Source: Chrysomallon squamiferum
Lineage: Eukaryota; Animalia; Mollusca
Direction of reading: 5' to 3'
DNA: 64,000 bases
NCBI GenBank assembly: GCA_012295275.1
Contig: CM022669.1
Span: 1,860,001-1,924,000, forward strand
Positions 12,901 through 24,323 of this stretch are shown one piece after another (positions within the stretch are counted from its first letter, which is position 1; every line of letters starts with the position of its first letter). Both the position numbers and the translations under genes were made by a program. Below the pieces are notes generated by a model. The model saw only the letters and a program-made list of their open reading frames with translations, was not told the DNA's origin and did not search any database.

Positions 12901-15900
12901 CTTAAACCTTCATACTAGCAAATGCACAGTTCAAACATTTTTGGTTTTTTATTTCAATCACTCAAGGTTCTTAGTAAGGTATGTTTTTTTTTTAAATAAT
13001 TGTTATTCATTTAGCATTTATTAGCATGTATCAGTTTCCTTTTGTTTTAATGTGTTATTTCTCATCCACAGTTTTTATCTTTCCCGCAGCATTTATCCCT
13101 CACCTCAAAATGAGCAGGACTCCAACGTTCACATCCCTATTTCCAACAACACAGGATCACTTCCCGATCTGACAGTGCTCCACTTCCCATCACCATTAGC
13201 AACACCACTTGATGTCGATGGAGACCAGTCATATGGGCAAGGCACAAGTCCAGTGAATTTGTCACCTACAAGTCCACATCATATGAACATGGCCACTAAT
13301 CAACATTCAAGTCCACAGAGTCCAGTTCAGCGGAGGAGGCACATACAAGCTGTACCAAGTCCACTTGTTCTGAATAATTCAAATCAAATGCAGATTCCTC
13401 TGTCACCTCCGGTAAGATATTTAATTTCTGAATACATGACAACACATCTACACATGTTTATATAAGTATTACATCTTTATGTGTATATCTGTGTGACTTT
13501 TGCTTACATCTGTTTTGGAGTTTAGAAAGTGTGTTTTTTTTGTGTTTTTGGTGGGGTTTTTGTGGGGGGAGGTTTTTTGTTTTCATTCTTTTAAGTATTA
13601 GCAGATTTGTTCCATCCTCATATAAAGCAATATAATTATAAAATACTCAAATACCAAAGGCCATGAAAATATGGTCAGTTCAGTCAAGTATATGACCATA
13701 TATAGATATATAATTATCATTATTATGTTGATGATAAGTAGCAACATTCAGTAGTATACTGATGGCAACTTAGCATTTTCTGTCTTTCAATCTTTTTTAT
13801 TTAAATAATTACAGCTAATATTCTGCTCCCAACTTTAGGTCAGTTTCAATTTACATTTCTGTGTTGATTTATTAATTTAATTTTTTAAATGTAACTGCTG
13901 TATTGAATAAATTTTTTTTTTTTTTAAAAAGAAATGGTTTTCTATCCCAGCTGTATCTGTTAAATTAAACAAGATAACATTTTCATTGTAATTTGGTGAT
14001 TTCTCCAGTTATTTTGAGTTCCTTTTTTTATGATTTTAAAAAAATATGTTTTGTGACAAAATACTTTTAAAGTATTTTTCAAAAACCATCTCAAGATGTT
14101 AGTTTCTTTTTCGATTTTTTATATGAAAATTTGAAAATTTGGGAAATAAGAAGAGAGTACTGTGAAAGGAATGAATGAATATTTATTTTTTAATGATTAT
14201 TTTACATTACCAAGAAGCAGTTTCCTTTCACACAAGTTTATTTTGCTTCAGGGTCATTCCGTGTCAAATCACCAATGGTTTAAACCCGACCGTCTCAGAT
14301 TTTTATAAAACTTGGTATACTGTTTGACTGGGATCCCACAGCACCAAATCTGAAATGTTAGCTCAATCAGACCAGTGGTGTGGGAGATACGGCCCACCGA
14401 ATTTTGAGATTTTTGCCAAAAATGGGTGTGACCACCAACCTTAGAACCCTCATATCTCAGGAACTACTGGGCCAATCTTCATAAAATTGGTTTGTTAGAA
14501 AGGCAAAATGACAAGGATTCCAAATCAAGAAAGATGGTGATCCCTAGCATCCAGAATTGATCATTCAGGTTTTTTTTGTTAATCAGATGTTAATGGCTGA
14601 AAAGGTGTTATTTTCATGTATGTGCATTTTTTAAATCTATATTGCGGCTAAACAAAAAATACTGTATATACTTGTGTACAAGGCGACCTTATGTATAAGT
14701 CGATGTGTATTTTAAGACCAAAAATTGCGTCATTTTAGGTATTACTTGTGTATAAGTCGACTGTAGATTCCAGGCACCGTCACTATTTTTAGACCAGTGT
14801 GACAGCGCCATGAAGGCCTACATTGTACGCCTACTGTAACATAACTTGCACGAGCTGTAACTTGCACGAACATACCATAATAACGTAAATGCATGTATTA
14901 CACGAGCTATAGCCTAAATGTATCATAAATAGTATCTCTTTAATGTAATAGGTCTAACATGGAGACCTAACTTACCGTTATATTTAGCCGTTCTGTGATT
15001 TACAAAATTTGTCAGTAGTGGATATTAATGACGATTGCAATATTATTTCACCAAATTCTTTACAATTAAACAAGTGAGTTTTGTTTATAAAATTAGGACC
15101 GATATTTAGTGCAATTTGGCAGAGAAGTCTGCATTCCTAGATCATTGCAAGACGCTGTAAGGCATAATGCCGTACTGACGGTTTTCTTGCTTTAAAATGT
15201 ATTTTTATGTCATTAAACGGAAGAATATCATGTTTTACATTCATATTTGGTTTTGTTATTTAATTTTTCAAAAAATTTTATACGATAAAATTATATTTTT
15301 GAAAAGCTGAAAGTCTGCGATTATTTTAGATGCATCCCGTAGCAAAAAATAGTCAAAATGGCGACTCTTCAGCAACAGCTATAAAAGCATTACCTATGTA
15401 TAAGTCGATCCCCAAAATATTACCTTAATATAGTCTCCCAAAAATTCGACTTATACACAAGTATATACGGTATTACACCCAGGAAACTTTTATATGTTTT
15501 AGTATGTCTGATTGAGCTAACATTTCAGATTTGGTGCTGTGGGATCCCAGTCAACAAGTATACCAAGTTTTATAAAAATCTGAGAAGGTCGGGTGTAAAT
15601 TTTTTTTTTTTTTTGTTGATTTGACACGGAATGACCCTTCACTTTTATTTATTTTTTGTTTTGTAATCTCTAAGCTTGATGTTGCATGTATAAATTAAAG
15701 ACATTATGATAACATTATTCAAATATGGATTAATTTTTAATAACTGGTAATTAATCATTTATATGAAATAAATAAAATACAAACTTTTATTTATATTTCT
15801 GCAGTGTTGTGTTTTTAAAATATTTAATGTAAAGTAATAACAAATAATTAATATAAAAATTATAGTAAAAGTAGAATTGTTTTATTAAATCTGAAATTGT

Positions 15901-18900
15901 TATCAGGGATGAAGATAGTTTGCAGTATTTTTAAATTAAATCTGTTTCAAACAGTATTTCACTAACATTTCACTTTTATATTGTTTCTGCAAGCATACGT
16001 GTCTAAATTGCACATTCTTATTAAAATTTTCACACAGACTGCAGTTTTATCAGAAATGTAACATTATGAATTTTTCCCTAGGACTTAAGAAATTTGATTA
16101 ATCATCAATATTTTGAGAAATAGATAAATTCTGTTTTCATATGACCTTTCTGATCCTCTAACACTTACAAGATCACTTCTCTAGGCATAAAGAAATAGTC
16201 TTAGTGTTTGTTGCTCTTGTTTTTAAAAACTCCTATGATTGTAAATTGAGAAGCATGTTTCAGTATGAATTTTATGTTTATATTCTAGCTTTTAAAGAGG
16301 TCTGTTTTAGGATGCAGAAATATTTTCTTTTTTTAAAAGACAGAATAAATAAATTAATAATAATTATATATAGATATTAAAAGTTTTATCTGATTAAAAA
16401 AAAATTTGATTTAAAATTTATTTTTTTAGGTGCAGTGTGCACCCAAAACAGGCCTCCAGAATGTCACTTTGTGTGGCTGATTATTAGGTCTTTAGTTCAT
16501 TGTTGCTTTTTGTATATTCTTTTAGTTTTGTGTTTTGTGCCTGCATCTGGTTTTAGGTTTCAAGTGTGGACCCTAGTAACTTATGTGTCGACCCTAGAAT
16601 ACGACAACAATACTTGTTATATTTACAACAACGGCAACGAGCCAACAATGGTCAGATACCACATCATCGGTCGCAACCGCGACTCTCTATGTTTAATAAT
16701 GTCCAGCAGTCAGTGCCACAAGTTCATGTGACGTCGTCATGTGAACATGATCAGCAAACTCAGGTGGGTGAGGCAGGCTGGTAGAAAAATTAACTTAAAA
16801 TATTAATAGTAGATGTTTAGCAAATATAATTTCTTGTTTTAAGAATATCTCTTGTGGAACAAACAAGTAAACTAAATAAAATATTTTGATTTAGAAAAAA
16901 ATAATAATACATTGTTGTAATTGCTTTGGAAAGGCTCTTTTGTTTTAAAAAGACAACTTATAACAGAAAGAACTAAAATAAGGCTAAATAGAAAAATTGT
17001 TGCCTCAACAAGAAAGGAGATGAAACATAGATCCATGTGGGATTACACAATCTTTTTTCTTAGCTGCATAACTTTTCAGAATTTCTGAATCATAGATTAA
17101 TAAATACAAATATGTTTGTTGAAAATCTTAAAAAACACTTTTGTTAGTTTGTGAGATTCATCTTTTGCCTGAAATTTATTGTTTTAATATTCCAGTATAA
17201 AATTATTGTTTGTTGTGAAAACAATAATAAATACCTCTAAAACCTTTACAAACATAAATAGAGAAGTTCTTTTAAAAACAATAAACCAAAAAAAGTTTAT
17301 AAAACTAAAAAGATTAAAAAGAGACCTTATCTTTATCAAATTTAAATTAAAAAAGGGTTTATGCATATAGTCAAAATGCTTGTAAATTATCAGATTATTG
17401 AGAAATTAGTAACAAAGTAATGTATGAAATAGAACAGATGTTTTAAATTATAATTTTGTTTTTAAATGTTTTCCTATTTTTGTTACTCCTTGTGTTTATT
17501 TTATTATTATTATTTTTTAATTTGTTTTGGCTTGTATGTGCATTGTTTGTGTTGCAGATTCATTCAGTTCTGTTTTGTTGTGTTGGTATCACACTAATTT
17601 TTAGTTTGTTTTCTTACTAAATACTCTAGTTGTTCTAACTTCTGACAGCTTTCAAAAAATGGTAAGCTATTGTGGTTAACTGTTCACAATGACAACTGTG
17701 TAAATTTTCAGTACAGAGGCCTTTCCCTGATTCATACAGTGTGCACTTGTCAGATAATCAAGCATCCATTCATCTGTCCACTTAATATGAAACTCAGTAC
17801 ATATTATTGTCATTCTATTCTTAAATCTGAAACTTGCTAGTTATAAAACTGATTGTGAATTTAATCATTTCATACAACTGGTATACACACACACACACAC
17901 ACACACACACAATTGTCATAATTTATATGCATTAATTTAATATGGTTTTTTTAAAAGTGCCATATAATATCTGCATAAAATAATAAATATCTTTGTTAGA
18001 TCTCAGAGTATATAGGAAAATAAGTTTTAGAAATCTGGTTATCTATTAAATTACTCAAATAGAAAATGAAGAAGATAAAAATGAATGTTTGAAAACATTT
18101 AAAGTAGTTGGTGTTACTGTTCAGATTAATTCTGTGTTACTGCTGAGGTATTTTATGCTTGTTATAACTTAGCTATTCCAACAAAAATCATTTGACCATT
18201 GAACCAGAATAATTTTACCTGAACAAAATGATTTAAATGACAACTTACTAATAAGGCAACCGACAGAATCATTTAACATTAGTTTTCAAATCAGATATGC
18301 AGGTGGGTATTTTTAAGGAGGTACAGTGCAATAAGAATATTAAATTAATAATATTTAGTTATTAATAACTACAACTAAAAAAAAAAAGTGTTTTGCATGT
18401 GTGTGTCTATATATAAAATTAGGAATTTTATTCATTTGAAAGGTTTTCTAAGGGTGAAATATATTTTAATTATTGATAACCACTGTAACACAGATTTTAA
18501 TTCAGTTCTGGGAATGGGTAGAAGTGATTTCTGTAAAAATAGTTGTTTTAATTCCAGGCATCAATGACTCAGTATAGAAACAGTGTCTCAGATTCAAATT
18601 GCCAGTCTCCCACATCCCCACTCTCACAGCCCTCCTACTCCCCATCTCAGTCTCCAGGACTTTCGTCATCCTCAATCAACAGTAACTCACCATTTGCAGA
18701 AGCATACTTCATTCAGCAGCAGCAGCAAACAAATGCATTACAACATCAATTTGAACAGTTCAATATGGTGAGTAGACATTTCTCTGTGGTAAATTAACAT
18801 TATTTGTATTTCAATTTATCATTCATTATTGTTAGTTAACATTTGTGCTTCAATTTAATATTCAAAATGGTGAGCAGACGCTCCAGTATGGTCAGTTAAT

Positions 18901-20580
18901 AATATTAATTTGTACTTCAATCTAATTTTCAATGTGGTAAGCAGACACCTTATTATATTAAGTTAATAAGTACTTCAATTCAGCACTCAGAGTGGTGAGT
19001 TGACACTTCAATATGGTGAATGGAAACAAGAGTATGGTCAGTTAACATTTGTACTGTTCACTATTGTAAATAAGTGCTTCACTTTGAATTTTACTGTTTA
19101 AGCATGGGAAATGAACATTTATGCTTAAACTTGAACAGCTTATTTTAAAACAATACACTGAAATACTTACTGATTGAATTCATGTGTTATACATACTAAT
19201 ACATGATTCCAACATCAGCATAGGAAACTGTTGACATGTAACAGATTACTCTGTTATTTCATTAGATTAGTTAATAAATGGATGGTGTTGGAAATAAACA
19301 GATATAAAAGTGCAGTAATTGTCATTGTATGGTATTTTTATCTGCTGGGTGAGTAAACAATCATTGCTAATATTTAGAATGGTGAATGAACAGTTCCATA
19401 TGTTTTTTTAAAAATCTAGCAAGGTAGTAAACACTTTGTTTTTAGCAGTCCTTATGGTGAGTAAATAGTTCATTATTGCGAACAGTATGACACACACACA
19501 CACACACACACACACACTTTCAATTCTGTATTTATTTAGTTACTATTAAGTTATTTATTTATTTATTTTAACATCATTATTTTTTTTTACATATATTATA
19601 TTAGAGTTGTATTTGAAATTTCAGGACAATCCTCCAAGTTCAACAGTAGATAACATGACAAACTGCAGCTCGACATACACTAATACTCACCCCTCACTAA
19701 ATTTCTCTCAAGCCATTATTCATGGTCTCTCTGGCAGTATGGACTACCAGGGGCAGCAACTCTTCCATGGCATTGATATCAACATGCAGCAGGGTCATGT
19801 GCCTATGAATCAATCACAGACACCACCACATCATTCACAAGTCATGCACAATCAACATCAACAATTGTCTCCTTCGGCTAATAATAAAATACCTGATATT
19901 GTACTCACTGGTAAATTTGGTTTTGATTTACTTTTCTTTTTAATAACTGATTTATTTCCTATTAATTTACGTATATCCATTCATATGTTCTAGTATACTT
20001 CATGTTTTTATCTGCATATTTTTTAAAATACAAAACTTTATGAAAAAAATGTGATCTCTGATTTCTATTGACTAATAAAATAAGTTAGTTATTAATTGTA
20101 ATTTTGTAATTTATAACATGAAATTAAGAACTGTCATCTGTGATTTCAAATACCTGATGTTACAAGTAAGATACTAATTTTAGGTTTTAAAATAAAAATT
20201 AAAAACTGTCAAATACATTTTTCAAACAATTAAACAAATTATAATAGTAAAAAATTACATTGAATAAATTTATGGCAATCTTTTTTTGTGGGTTGGATGT
20301 CAAAGTTTTTAAGCTGTTATCTATAATACTGAATACATTCTACTGTTCTTACTCAGGTGCTGATGACAATTTAGGTCGACCTCCACCAGATTTTGCCAAA
20401 GATCTTGGAAATGCTATAACAGGAATGGCTGATGGTTTTGACTCAGACTTTTTCTCAACAGATGAGGCATTTAAGGCTGGCCTTGATCCCTTAGACCTTG
20501 ATGGACTCCAAATGTTGACGGATCCAAACATGGTCACAGACCCGGCAACAGAAGACACATTTAAATTAGACCGGTTATAA
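9993..20580 (+). CDS. CRTC1: CREB-regulated transcription coactivator (CRTC/TORC), 3' part; N-terminal CREB-binding exons lie upstream of the window
   Basis: Exons with AG/GT ends and continuous frame: 9993-10087 (RTNSDSALHTS), 11172-11245 (WDPKK), 12446-12489 (SRPKSCEVPNIN), 13090-13411 (NNTGSLPDLT), 16557-16763, 18558-18767 (LQHQFEQFNM), 19625-19910 (IPDIVLT), 20357-20580 (LDPLDLDGLQMLTDPNMVTDPATEDTFKLDRL*, TORC_C). Probably co-orthologous to vertebrate CRTC1/2/3. Confidence 0.95.
14251..15637. mobile_element. Non-autonomous DNA transposon (MITE) with ~120-bp TIRs and 4-bp TSD, Sola2-like termini
   Basis: Left TIR 14251-14372 (GGGTCATTCCGTGTCAAATC...GCTCAATCAGAC) is the reverse complement of 15506-15637 (...GATTTGACACGGAATGACCC). 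TTCA is duplicated at 14247-14250 and 15638-15641. GRG..CYC ends with a 4-bp TSD fit Sola2; the superfamily is inferred. Confidence 0.9.
14662..15470. mobile_element. Nested Tc2/pogo-like MITE with TA TSD
   Basis: TA|CTGTATATACTTGTGTACAAGGCGA ... TCGACTTATACACAAGTATATACGG|TA; the TIR motif TGTATAAGTCGA recurs subterminally at about 14692, 14749 and 15397. Confidence 0.85.
18745..19060 (+). repeat. Degenerate ~60-bp tandem repeat derived from a CRTC exon/donor junction
   Basis: Copies of TTCAAT...TG|GTRAG.AGAC with GT at 18768 (true donor), 18870, 18937, 18995 and 19016. Confidence 0.75.
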
Positions 20581-23014
20581 TACACACAATAAATACAGAG
20601 TCATTTCATTTATACAATAAAATATATACACACATTCTCTTGCTTAACATTGGAACAATGAAAATCATGTCATGCCATTGCTTTGCATCACCTACATGGC
20701 AGACACATTGTGTTAACAGAAACAAATTTCATTTGAATATAAATAATACTTCTAGTTAATACTTATTAGTATTTTATTTATTTATTTTTTAATTATTATT
20801 ATTATTATTTTTTAAATCATGATGTTCCTGCAGTGATTTATGGTTCTGGTTGTCCTTGTTGTTGTGAGAAGCACACTGTTATTTGTGTTCCTGTGCTGGA
20901 TTCATTCACCAACACTAATGCATTGTTTTTTTTTATTCAATACAACTTGCTGCTTTTCTCTTTGAGACCACACTTCTAGTTAAGTGCTATGAAAAAAGAA
21001 AACAAACAAAAAAAAAGGAATGAAAAAGACTACAAGCAAGTTTTGATGCTGGGAGTGTACATATTTTTCAAAAGCATTTCATTGTTTGCTCTCAACATTC
21101 CATGTACCAGCCAACTCTGTTCTGCTCACACTGGAAATACAAATATTAACAAAGTGATCACAAAATACTTTGACGTTACGTTCTCTCAAAGAGTGGATAC
21201 CTGCATGCTACAGTGAATTTTTAGTGCCAGTCTGATATTGATTCCAACAGTGGTTACATCAGTTTGATTGGGGAACTGGTATCTGTGTTATTGTAAGCTG
21301 TTATTTGTTTCATTGTTAAAATGAAATATGACTCATTGGTTGCTGACACCAGCATTTTCAGAGGCTTCATTAATGAGTTGATATCAGTTTCATAAGTTAA
21401 TGGATATTTTCAAAATTGTTTTCCTCATAGTGAAGTTAGTAGTGTTCTGATGTGGCTGTTTTAAAACATACATTATTTATAATGAACCATTCTTGTCCTA
21501 TAAATATTTCTCTTAAAAAATTGGAAAAATACAAGATTTGTTTCATATTTACATAGCTCTTGAAAGGCATTGAGATATATTTATTTTTAAATTGTTACCA
21601 TTTCTGTATTAAATGCATTTAAAAAAATTTTAAATTGTAATTATTTTTATTTTCAAATTTAATTAATTAACTAATTTATTTATATATACATTTTTTATTA
21701 TTATTTATTTTAATTTTTTTTACAGTTTAACTGAAAAAAAATTAAATTATTTTTACAAATAAAATAGCTGGCTTTCAGTAACTTTTTATTTTGTTATTTT
21801 CATTAATATTGCAAAAAAATAAAAACATTAAAATTTATAGTTTTTCATTTCCATTTTTAGATGATGATTTATTAGGCTATATTTGACTAACAGTTATGCA
21901 GAAATAAAAAATTTAAAATTTCAGCAACAGAAAATAAAATTAAAAAAATCTATTTGTTTTTGCTATACGGTCACTAGAATTAATTGTGTCAGTTACTAAT
22001 AAATAAAGTTGTATCAGTGAAAAATGATTTATAGAGTGTCTTATTTTTTATTTTTTTATCTTATGGACTGCTTTAATAAAAAAAAAAATAATAATAATAA
22101 TAATTAAAATTAAAATTATAAAAATTAAAGAATAACTGTTTTGTCTTAAATTTTACCAGTAAATAATAAAATCAGGCATTGAGAAATTTTATTTTAATGA
22201 CAGACAGTTTAAGGCATCACTTGAGAGATTGTGTGACATTTTAGCTCAACTAAATTTATATATGTTAATGTTTGTATAAATTGTAAGTGTATGGTTATCT
22301 ATTTTTATATGTGTCACTGCATTATTCCCCCTTATTCTGGTGCTATGTTTAAAAAGATATCTCTTGTGACAGGAGAGTTAATTCAAGGATATGTCACTTC
22401 ATTTAGTCATGTACATAAGTTTACCATGTTTTGTCTTTTCCTCCATCATTTCATTTCATATAACTTTTCCAATTACTTCCATGTTTTTTTTTTAAGGATA
22501 CGTTGATTGGTCTGTAGAATGGATCAGTAATCAAATTGTTGCAGTCTAGTGATAATCCTGTCTCTAAAACAGAAGATATATTTGAATGAAGTTAATTTTT
22601 TTTTTTCTTTTTAATCAGAATTCGTTTTAGATCTGTCTGTATTTTTTGCATTTATCTTCAAACTGTTGAAAATTCATTTTAGGTATGTTAAAACCTTTAA
22701 ATTAAGAGGACGTGTAAGGCCAAAAAAAAAAAAAAAAAATTGTGTCTTATAGAATTGAAACTTGATGGAAACTATCCACATACATTACCATAAAAAAATT
22801 GGTACAAGTTCATTTTTTGTCACAAATGGTCACTTTTATTTTTGGGGGCTTTTTTTAATATTATAGTAATATTATATTTTCATGGACATCTCTGAAGATA
22901 CATACCATTCAAATAGCTGGAGTTTATCACAAATATGTTTCTACAAAATGTCAGAAAGAAATTAGCCTTTATTTACATACATCAAAAGAAATAATTTTTA
23001 AAAACTTTTTCATA

Positions 23015-23304
23015 TGAAAAGAACTGTTAATTTTTTCCAAGATTGTCATTTTGTAGTGTTTGTTTTTGATATATATATATATATATATTTATATTCAAAA
23101 TTTTAAAACTATAATTGTTTACATCTTGCATCTACTCAAATGTTAGGGTAGTATGTGAAAAGAACTGTTAATTTTTTCCAAGATTGTCATTTTGTAGTGT
23201 TTGTTTTTTATATATATATATATATAGATATATATATATATATTCAAAATTTTAAAACTATAATTGTTTTCATCTTGCATCTACTCAAATGTTAGGGTAG
23301 TATG
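23015..23304. repeat. Direct tandem duplication of ~141-149 bp containing a (TA)n tract
   Basis: TGAAAAGAACTGTTAATTTTTTCCAAGATTGTC...TGTTAGGGTAGTATG starts at 23015 and 23156; the copies differ mainly in the TA tract. Confidence 0.93.
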
Positions 23305-24287
23305 GAAAAGGAAACGGAATAAAAAAATTGTTTAACTTCCTTTTGCAGATGAACCTGGAACATCTGAAAAATTACATTTTCTGAATATTTTTTTTAAATG
23401 GTTGTATCAAAAATTAAAAAACAATTTTGTTTCTTCAAATTTTGTCATATTTCATCTTTTAAAAAAAAAAAAATATACTGCATTTTAAGGATAGTTTGCT
23501 ATTTCCAAGGAGTATCAAGTAGAGGGTGTTGTTGTTTTTGTTTGATTTACATTTATATTTATTTAATATTTTTGTAAATCATATTTTGTCGTTACTTAAC
23601 AAGATTGCTTAAAGCAGATGTTATACTTCCTGGCTGGAGCTATCACTGACCGCAACTTGTCCTGTGAAGTATATCTTAAAATTAATAAAACAGTTTGTTT
23701 CATAAGTTCTCAGTTAAATTAAAAGTTTTCTAAATATTGCAATCAGTGATATTTAGAGATTACATTTCTTCAATCTCAATAAATGCAGACAAACAGAAAC
23801 ACGTTAAATTTTATTATTATACTTAATTTTTTCTAAATATATTAATCATATAGGTAAAATATAATTTAAGAATTTTAATTTTAAAAAAAGTCTTTAGTAT
23901 TTCTTATGTTGAATGTATTGGTTATTGGTGCTTAATCTTAGTTTCAGCTTATTCCCGATTTAATTACAGTTTAAAAAAAATTGATATACGATTGACATTA
24001 TGCACATAGCAGCTTGTTTTATATTTATGTACTAAAGAAATGAAATGAAAATAAGTGGGAAAAATGGAAAGAAAATGTTTATCAGAAATATTCTTGAGCA
24101 AATGAAGAAAATTAGGTCTTTACATAAGTAAAGTTTCTTTTTAAAGGTGGAAGTCCTTTATAAAATATTTAATAAAATAGTAATTTACTTTCAGTGAGTC
24201 CTTTTTTTGGATCACAAGTTATTTTAAATATGATTTAAATTAATAAAAGTAACTTTTTTGTGGTATTGTTTTTAAATTATCTGTTTA

Positions 24288-24323
<36 letters not shown>

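Noticed and set aside
17630-17667. Exon-like signals in a CRTC intron (CTAAC..ACAG|13 nt|GTAAGC)
   Set aside because: The 13- or 32-nt options break the frame or contain a stop; indistinguishable from chance without RNA data.
20349-20585. Antisense ORFs over real exons (also 36973-37238, 48916-49098, 49573-49821)
   Set aside because: Shadow frames of coding exons.
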